Shown here: piece by piece, positions 1-7,797 of the stretch
Layout: every line of letters starts with the position of its first letter
How positions within the stretch are numbered: position 1 is the stretch's first letter
Assembly: GCA_049999805.1 (NCBI GenBank)
Contig: JBNGIO010006148.1
Coordinates: 61,153-81,152 of the forward strand
Reading direction: 5' to 3'
From: Folioceros fuciformis
Lineage: Eukaryota
DNA: 20,000 nucleotides
The notes under the pieces: generated by a model
The model's input: the letters and a program-made list of their open reading frames with translations, nothing else
Told to the model about the DNA's origin: nothing
Databases searched by the model: none
Made by a program: the position numbers and the translations under genes

Positions 1-1
1 G

Positions 2-1741
2 CGATTATCTAAGGTCAAGCCAAATGATTATGTGTATGTGGCTACTCTCAAAGCGTGTGCCAATGTAGGTGATTTGGCCTCCGGCAGAGCAATACACACT
101 GATGTCGTTGACAGTGGATACGACACGAACATATTTGTAGGGACTGCTCTTGTGGACATGTACACCAAATTGGGCATGGTAGAGGATGCTCGCAGAGTTT
201 TTGACATGTTGCCAAACAAGAATGTGGTCACATGGAGTACTATAATAGCAGGGTATGTGCATCATGGGCAAGGTCAAGAAGCTCTTAATCTCCATGAAAG
301 CATGCAACGGGACAAAGTGATACCAGATGTGGTGGCCTTTCTGTCTCTTCTGAAGGCGTGCACCTGTGTAGGAGCCATACAGAAGGGCAAGCAGATTCAT
401 GCGGAGATTCTGGATCAAAGGATGGAAAGTGACATCTCAATTGGGAGTACATTAGTGGACATGTATGCAAAATCTGGGAATCTGGATGATGCTCGATCAT
501 TCTTTGACCGGATGTCCTCCAGGAACATTGTGACATGGAGTGCTTTGATTTCAGGCTATGCCCATCATGAGCTTGGGAATGAAGCCCTCATTTTGTATGA
601 GAAAATGCGAAGCATAGGCATGACTCCGGACAGGGTGACCTATGTCTGCACTCTGAAGGCATGTGCTAGCGTAGGGGCCATACACAAAGGCAAGGGAATT
701 CATGCAGAGATCTTAGGGAGAGGACTGGAGGCTGATGTGTTTGTTGGAAATACCCTAGTGGACATGTATGGACGGAATGGATATCTGACAGATGCTCGCA
801 ACGTGTTTGATAGACTGCCCACTAAAGATGTGGTGACATGGAATGCTTTAATTAACAGCTACGGTCAACACAACAGCTGTGAAATGGCAACCCAATGTTT
901 TGAGACGATGCGGCGACATGGAGTTGAGCCCAATGGTGCCACTTTTGCATGTCTTCTCGTTGCCTGCAGTCATGCTTCTTTGGTGGATGAGGGTCAGAGA
1001 ATTTTCGATATGATGGAGGAGAATTATGGCATTTCTCCTACAGTCGAACATTATACCTGCATGGTGGATCTTCTTGGGCGGTCAGGACGCTTGGACGAGG
1101 CAGAAAGTCTATTGCAAACTATCCCACTTGAGAGTAGCAGTGTGGCTTGGATGTCTCTGCTCAGTGCCTGTAAAAGTCACGGAGATGTTGATCGAGGAAA
1201 GCGGTCTTTTGACAAATTTGTAGGACTGGAACCCAAGGATGCAGGGGCTTATGTACTTATGTCGAGTATCTATGCTAGTGCAGGGAGGTGGGACGATTTG
1301 AAGGAAATCGAAAGCGTCAGAAGGTGCACTGGTGCTTACAAGAAGGCTGCAAAGACATGGATCGAGGTTGACAATCAGGTGCACGAGTTTGTAGTCGGGG
1401 AAGACCGTGGCGATACAGCTTTGAGAATGAAGGGTTTACATGCGAGGCTGAAGGAGAGTGGGCATGTGCCCCAAACTGAGTTGGTGTTGAAGCCAATATC
1501 GGATCGGCAAAAGGAAGACGCCCTCTGTGGGCACGCTGAGAAGTTAGCTTTGGCGTATGGTCTTCTGAACACTCGAGAAGGCAAGACTTTGTTGGTGACA
1601 AAAAATCTCAGGATGTGCGACGATTGCCACAGTGGCACAAAAATACTTTCACGTGTAGAAAAGCGCGACATCATAGTTAGAGATTCATACCGAGTCCATC
1701 ATTTTAAGGACGGATTCTGTACGTGCAAAGATTCGTTGTAG
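2..1741 (+). CDS. PLS-class pentatricopeptide repeat protein with C-terminal E1-E2-DYW (DYW:KP-like) domain; organellar RNA editing factor; 5'-partial
   Basis: Frame is open from position 2 (RLSKVKPNDYVYVATLKAC...), so the gene starts upstream of the window. Motif order is L-S-P-L-S-P-L-S-P2-L2-S2-E1-E2 (e.g. VVTWNALINSYGQH, TFACLLVACSHASLVDEG, EHYTCMVDLLGRSGRLDEA, AWMSLLSACKSHG), followed by a deaminase domain with HAE and CDDCH. Stop TAG at 1739-1741. No introns seen. Confidence 0.97.
   Translation, partial: RLSKVKPNDYVYVATLKACANVGDLASGRAIHTDVVDSGYDTNIFVGTALVDMYTKLGMVEDARRVFDMLPNKNVVTWSTIIAGYVHHGQGQEALNLHESMQRDKVIPDVVAFLSLLKACTCVGAIQKGKQIHAEILDQRMESDISIGSTLVDMYAKSGNLDDARSFFDRMSSRNIVTWSALISGYAHHELGNEALILYEKMRSIGMTPDRVTYVCTLKACASVGAIHKGKGIHAEILGRGLEADVFVGNTLVDMYGRNGYLTDARNVFDRLPTKDVVTWNALINSYGQHNSCEMATQCFETMRRHGVEPNGATFACLLVACSHASLVDEGQRIFDMMEENYGISPTVEHYTCMVDLLGRSGRLDEAESLLQTIPLESSSVAWMSLLSACKSHGDVDRGKRSFDKFVGLEPKDAGAYVLMSSIYASAGRWDDLKEIESVRRCTGAYKKAAKTWIEVDNQVHEFVVGEDRGDTALRMKGLHARLKESGHVPQTELVLKPISDRQKEDALCGHAEKLALAYGLLNTREGKTLLVTKNLRMCDDCHSGTKILSRVEKRDIIVRDSYRVHHFKDGFCTCKDSL
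1343..1738 (+). other. DYW:KP-type zinc deaminase-fold domain (132 aa)
   Basis: KAAKTWIEV replaces the PG box. The SHP motif is missing after HEFVVGE. HAEKLALAYGLL (1532 onward) replaces HSEKLA. Also present: LLVTKNLRMCDDCH and HHFKDGFCTC. Terminal triplet is DSL instead of DYW. Confidence 0.85.
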
Positions 1742-2031
1742 GCAAAATTTCACACCCGCTGAACACATTTGATTCGGACGTGGGGAAGTCTCTGCCAGTT
1801 AGTTGTCGACGTAAGAACTCGAAAACAGGTACATGACGGTGAAGCCGGACAAAACATGTACCAATGTGGCAAAGGTTTAGCTATCTCTTCAGTCCAAATT
1901 GGACTACTGCCGAGAGACCTGACTACATCCACCTAGAGCAGAAGCCGAGCTGTTCTCAAATGCCCCTGCCAGAATTCAAACGAAACCTCCTGCAGTTGCT
2001 ATTTACAAAAACGACTTCAGACAAAGGAACT

Positions 2032-5000
2032 CTATGGCGTATAGTCAAAGGGCTCCGGTGGGGGAGGTTCACAGTCGTCTACGGCCATAGCAGTATCGGA
2101 GGAGGTGTCTGGAGGTGCTGGGGGCGCCCCTCCTGAGCTCGGCGCAGCAGCAGACACCGGCGAATCACTGGATACCAATTCAACAGGCTCTGATGGGTTC
2201 GTGTCTCTCAACATCACAAATCCTGAAGATGCCCTCTTCAAGGGCTGATACCGACAGGCCTCTGGAAATCTGATGTATTTCTCTTGTGCGGGGACAACCC
2301 TGGCTGGGTTGTTGAGCACTTCAATAGCGGAATCAACATCTGCACCTTTCTTCTCAACACCTGTGTCCACCTGCACATAAAGAGGACGCAATGCATTATT
2401 TGCCCGAGCTCTCCTCAATCTCCTCAGCACTGGCTGGATAGGAACCACAAACGCTACCTCCATTGCATCATCCTTCCCAGTTGTAGCGGCAGATTCCTCA
2501 GCAGATGCAGAAGAACTTTCCCCTGCCACTGCAGCTGCCGACGAGCCCTTAGCCTCAGGATGAGGAGATGAACTACCCTCCTGTGCCAATGCTTTGCTGG
2601 TTGCTGCCTTTGAATCGCTTTCTTTCTTTGCCCTCACTTTAGCCCTGGCTGATGTAGACAGCACTGCAGTTGGCAGCTTGATTGCTGAAGTAGTTGTCGG
2701 GGGTGCTGTAGATGGAGGATACCCAAACATAGCAGGGGGAGCCTCCGAGACGAACTTGAACTTTGGCATGCGAAGTTCCGAATTCAGGCCAATAAACGCC
2801 GTCGGCGCAAATGAGAGGCTGATGAAATATATCAGGGGGTACCAATACCAGAATTGTGTAAAGACCGCCATCCCGACTACAGCAGTTACTCGGTCGTGAC
2901 CCGTTCTTGACTGGAGCCGAATACCAACGTTCCGACCACCAGCATCAAGAATACCGTAGGCAAGAATGGCACCCATCTTGCTCATTGTATCCTCATGCTT
3001 ATCCAGAATAATCTTCTCCAGTTGACGCCTGAGACGAATCAAAGTCCAAAGCAGGAGGTACAATCAAATGCAAGTACTCGTGAAACAACATGAAAAAACT
3101 TTTTGCCAATCAAAAGGAATAAGGCAACAATGGATATGGAAATGGGCCGGCTCAGGATGTTTTACCCCCAACAGAAAAACTGAAAAGCACAGAGCGTCCA
3201 ATACCTGAAGTTGCCAACGCGAGGTTCACGCATCTCAGTTGCCTGCATGAGGACCATAGCCATTGCTATCAGAGCACCTTGTCTTACAAAATCCACCGCA
3301 TCTGAAGTCAGAGGCTCCAGAAGCGAGATTGCTTCACTACTGGCTGTACCAGCACATGATATACCCACAGCCATGGCCGCACCATACCTCACATGAGCAT
3401 TGTAGGACTCTGAGAGGAGTGAGACAATCCGTGGAGTCTGCACAGAACAACCAGTGCACCACTTGATGACACCAGCAGCTAGGGGACGAGCACTGCATGT
3501 AGTGATGCTTCTCAGAAAATCAACATACCTGCTCAGGTTCACCACAAAGAACGAACCCAAGTGCCAACACGGCAGTTCTCCTTACGTCATCACTGACATC
3601 AGAGACAGCAAAATGCAGAAGTCTCCGAATAGCACTGTTGTTTGCAGTACCCTTGTAAGCTAGAGCCAGAGCATACATGCCACCATAACGCAAAATTGGG
3701 TCTTGATCTCTGGTCAATTGCTCTATTAAAGTGTCAGCTTGCTCTTCACGTCCATAGACCACAAGGGCTATTCCCAAGGCCAGTCCCCTGAAAAACATAG
3801 ATTATACATTTCATAAGTAGCAGTGCACACAATGACAAACAATTTGTCGATCAGGCCCTCACAGGACCATGCAAAGGAGGCTTCTTTCGGACTAAAGCCC
3901 TTTAAACAACTAAACGCACCTGATAATCTTTTCATGCTGAGTGTCATGGGCATAAGCCAGCATTTCGCCTGCCTTCTCGGATGCTGTTCCTACCATAAGC
4001 AGACCCATGCTAATGCCAGCTGCCTCTCCAGCCACGGCACTATCTATGTACAGAACGCCCTTGACATGTTCATAAATATCCTCATCTGCAGTTCCTAGAG
4101 CTGCCAATCCCAAACCTAAACAAGCACCATGCTGAATAACCTGTAACACAGGTGAGTGACTGTTAAGTGGATCGTGTACAAACGTCCAGCGTCTGTGCAG
4201 AGCGGATTCCAGATGCCTACCTCATTGCTCGTGTTTTTCAAGCTTTCCAAAAGAAACTGCTTGATACCCTCCCCATGATTAGCATGAATAAGTCCAAGAG
4301 CATATAGTGCCCCACCTTCAGAGTACGGACTTCCTCCACCAGTGCCACCATTTTGTGGAAGATATGGAGCCATGAGTGATCTACCTTGCTGCAGGTGCCC
4401 TCGGTGTATTACACCGAGACCAGCAGTGGCACTGAACTTCGCCCAATTGGTGGCCCTACTTAACCAATCCTAAAGACATTTATCAGTGTCAATACTCACA
4501 AATGTGAACCACCCAGGTTTTTCCCAAACATCTGCAATATGCAGCTACAAGCAAAGCAAGGGCTAACCAGATTGTCACGAAGGAAAGTATCCACAGTCGT
4601 CCCAGCATGCATCAGAGCATTTGAATAAATTGTGGCGCTGTGACAAACACTGTTGCGCATCTCAACAGACTGCTTAATGGTTTTCAGGATGAGCAGATCC
4701 GATCTGCACGCATGAGAGAAGACAAATGTGTAAACAAACAGAATGCCACTTTCCAGAGACTGGAGACTAAGAATTCAGGAAATGCAACTCGAGAAGTTTA
4801 CCTGTTGTGACTATAAAGGAATTGAAGAGCAAGATTTATGGGTGTCTCTCCACTTAAGATAGCTTTGAGCTGTGCCAATCTCTCCCAATAGCCAGCAGGT
4901 TCCTGCTTTGGCTCTGACGCCTCACCAGTCCCCTCAGTTGCAACAGTTCCAGTGGGCAGTTCAGATTCTGATGTCTCCATAGCCACTGAGGATTCATGTT

Positions 5001-6568
5001 CAGACGTGCTAACAACGTTCTCTCCAGTCTGGGGAACTGGCACACTATCTGTGGCTGCTGCAGTGCTGACTGGTTTTGGATCTGGCAATGCATCTCTCAC
5101 ACTGACCAAGAAATGCTGGTACTCATTTTCAAACAGGTCAAAAGCAACTTGGAAGGCCATAAGAGCATCTACCTGCAAGCAAATGCTACTGGTCAGAAAT
5201 AAGGTCAAATAAGACAGTAGTCAAGAAATATTGAGTAGAAGGGTTCAACCTTATCTGATCTGAGAAGTCGATCAAGAATAGTGGCAACAACTCGAGGCTC
5301 ATCAAGAAACATGAGGCACTGACAAATACTCAAGTAGTCTGGCAGGTCAAGTTTCCGATAGATCTGAACCAAGAACCGTAGTACCTGTACCAAAAGTTCG
5401 TGATCTTAAGATAACAGAGCAGACAAATTGAGGAAAACTTGCAGCATACAATGTGAAATGGGGTTGAAAGTCTCCAGGTGTAACAAGGTTAAACAGAGAA
5501 CTACCTCTTCCTTAAACTTCCTTCCCATCACAAATGTCTGTGTCAGTCGAAGGCAATACGCTAGCATAGCATGTACATTGTCACTTCTCATGATAGCCTC
5601 CTCTAACTTATCCAGCCTCCTACACTCCAAGGCGATACCCATAGCCTGCTGGTATTTCCCATCTCCCAGACACCTGTGAGATAGAAGCACATATCCATTA
5701 TCGCGGCCACAAACATACTTGGCACAGCAGAACCTAAAGCATTGAGAACAAAGGCACAAGCTCTACAGTTAACCTACTTGTCAAGCATTTTCTCCACAAT
5801 CGCCACCAATTGTTTATCTGGCTCAGATGCAGATTCGCTGGACTCGGCAGCCTTAACATTGAGAGAGGCATATTCGTCGATGCACTTTGCTGTAAGCAGA
5901 AAGACAGTTCATAGCGCTCAATCGAAGAAACCAACATCTAGATCATGGACTCAAGGATGCATGGTTGCGGGACAGACTGAGACTCACCAACGAGAGTTTG
6001 CACGTACTCTGACTCTTCTTTAACGTCAAATAGAGGTCCAGCGGCAAGAGCATATGTCAGGGCATCATTAAGCTCCCCCAAATAGTAGAAAACCTGGCCA
6101 GGCAGGCATACCCAGAAACACGAATCAATTGCCAGGGCCCTAACAGTACTAACACGCGTGACAAAGGCGCAATTTAAATCCGACTACCGCACATGAAATC
6201 GGCTATCTCACCTTGGAGGCCAGCAAAGCTGCTAATTGGCTCTTGTCAAAGCGAGTATCTTCATGAAGGCTTTCACTGCATCAAATCGGATTATTCAACC
6301 TCTGACGCAAAATACGTAAACCCCCAAACCCTAGAACATAAACCTTGTCCAGCAGAGGGCTAGACTAGCAGGGCCGACGCGAGACGTACATTATTGTGAT
6401 GTGGGAAGAAATCTGAGGCCAAAATTGAGGCACCAGCTTGTCCAGGTATGTAAGCGCGTGCACCTTGAGCGCGGGGTGCTCCTCCTGCAGCATAGCCAAG
6501 AGCGGAGCCACACCTCCTACCCCGCCCATCCGCCATTGGGCAGGGTGAAGCGGAGGGGCAACAGCCAT
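2032..6568 (-). CDS. RPN2: 26S proteasome non-ATPase regulatory subunit 1 (RPN2/PSMD1), 14 exons, about 1047 aa
   Basis: Exons (minus): 6568-6390, 6275-6212, 6093-5988, 5889-5778, 5673-5505, 5384-5250, 5172-4802, 4703-4568, 4469-4221, 4140-3920, 3787-3529, 3437-3205, 3028-2458, 2370-2032. All introns are GT-AG and the frame is continuous (3144 nt). Diagnostic peptides: [78 protein letters not shown]-terminal [11 protein letters not shown] second in-frame ATG lies at 6529. Confidence 0.96.
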
Positions 6569-6852
6569 GGCAACAGTTTTTCCGGGAGCGGAGAAGCGAA
6601 GCTGGAGTCGTGCAGAACTGAAGCAGGCTCAGACCAGATTCCACCCCAACTCAAGCCGACTCCTACAAGAGGTCCGCTTAGAAACAAAACAAATTTACTC
6701 GTTCGCTGGAGTGGGCGTATGCTTCACTTTGTGAAACCCTAAAGTTATGTATTTCTACCTACACCTGCCCTGAAAGCGCAAGCCATTGGTGCAGCTACGA
6801 ACAATTTCCCCCCCAACTAGAAAGTTTCCCATTCCAGGCGAGCACGGCAGCG
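6569..6852. promoter_or_regulatory. Putative bidirectional promoter and 5' UTRs shared by RPN2 and ATP synthase subunit e
   Basis: Only 284 bp separate the two divergent ATGs. Telo-box AAACCCTAA at 6734-6742 and reverse CCAAT (ATTGG) at 6785-6789. A further AAACCCTAG sits at 6326-6334 in RPN2 intron 1. Confidence 0.6.
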
Positions 6853-7178
6853 ATGGCAGGCGCTGGAGGTATCTCAGGGCCCTACTCGGGCACAAGCACT
6901 CTGGCACTGGTAAGCTATGTCTTCGCCTTTCAATTTTACCACGCATTCCATCGATCGGCTCCTAAGGTCTGATGGGCGAGTACTTTTGGGTGCAGGTCGC
7001 TCGGGTGTCAGCTGTGACTGTCGGAGTTTTGTATGGACGAATGAAGCTGTCGTATCTCAAGGTGTGATCCTCGATTGCCACTTGTTTCTGTGCGTTCCGT
7101 GCTATGTTTGAGGAGCTGATTACGTGAATTTGGATTCTGCAGGCAACCACACCAGCTCCAAAAAAAGCTCACCATTGA
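6853..7178 (+). CDS. Mitochondrial ATP synthase subunit e (plant type, ATP21-like), 3 exons, 52 aa
   Basis: Exons 6853-6909, 6996-7061 and 7143-7178 are joined by phase-0 GT-AG introns. Product: MAGAGGISGPYSGTSTLAL-VARVSAVTVGVLYGRMKLSYLK-ATTPAPKKAHH*. YSGTSTLALVAR, G.LYG..KL..LK and terminal KAHH match plant F1Fo subunit e as I recall it. Confidence 0.9.
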
Positions 7179-7697
7179 CGCAGGGTAGGTCCATGAGAGC
7201 CTTCTTTCCGTACAGCGATCTGGCGGGGTGGACGCTGTGCGGCGGATGTATTGTTTCCTTGTTAGATGCATCCGGGTTGATCATGCGGAACACGCGTCTG
7301 TTCTGTGATGTGCGTCTTCAGGATGTGGTCAGCTATTGCTGGGACCTTGGCACGCGGGTTGCATGAGAACTTGACATTTGCATCTACTGTTGAGATTCAA
7401 CAAGTTCTTCTCCACTGCAGTGTTATGATCGCACTCCAACAGTTTTGCATTTGAGTAAAGATTCGACTGGAACTTCCCTTGTGAGCCAGAGATCTTCGCG
7501 TCTGCTGTTCAATGTGCTGTCAAATGCGAGGTTCGAAACGTGTTCCATGATAAAACACCGTCTCCGAGTCTCGATGTTCCGATGTGATGGTTGTTGTAGG
7601 AGTTCTTTCGTTCGTATACCCGACTTAGGAGCATATTAAATGGCAGACCGTGTTAGCTCCCGAACGTCGGGAGTTGGTAAATAGTATTTGGATTTTG

Positions 7698-7797
7698 NNN
7701 NNNNNNNNNNNNNNNNNNNNNNNNNNNNNNNNNNNNNNNNNNNNNNNNNNNNNNNNNNNNNNNNNNNNNNNNNNNNNNNNNNNNNNNNNNNNNNNNN
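7698..7797. other. Assembly gap (exactly 100 N, probably a placeholder of unknown true size) hiding the NUP205 start codon
   Basis: Run of 100 N. The sequence immediately after it is already mid-exon NUP205 coding sequence (PHDRAELAHVLHIFLPDFQAFLQSP). Confidence 0.95.

Noticed and set aside
32-34. ORF-track start of the PPR protein
   Set aside because: It is a GTG inside an L motif; the frame is open to the window edge, so the true start is upstream.
5-1674. Minus-strand and alternate-frame ORFs overlapping the PPR gene
   Set aside because: Shadow ORFs of the coding strand with no recognisable motifs.
1-7178. Functional organellar cluster of the PPR editor and ATP synthase subunit e
   Set aside because: PPR genes are numerous and dispersed in such genomes, and subunit e is nuclear-encoded so not an organellar editing target; proximity is probably coincidental.
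7654-7690. Helitron 3' end
   Set aside because: The hairpin is present but no CTRR terminus follows at the expected distance on either strand.
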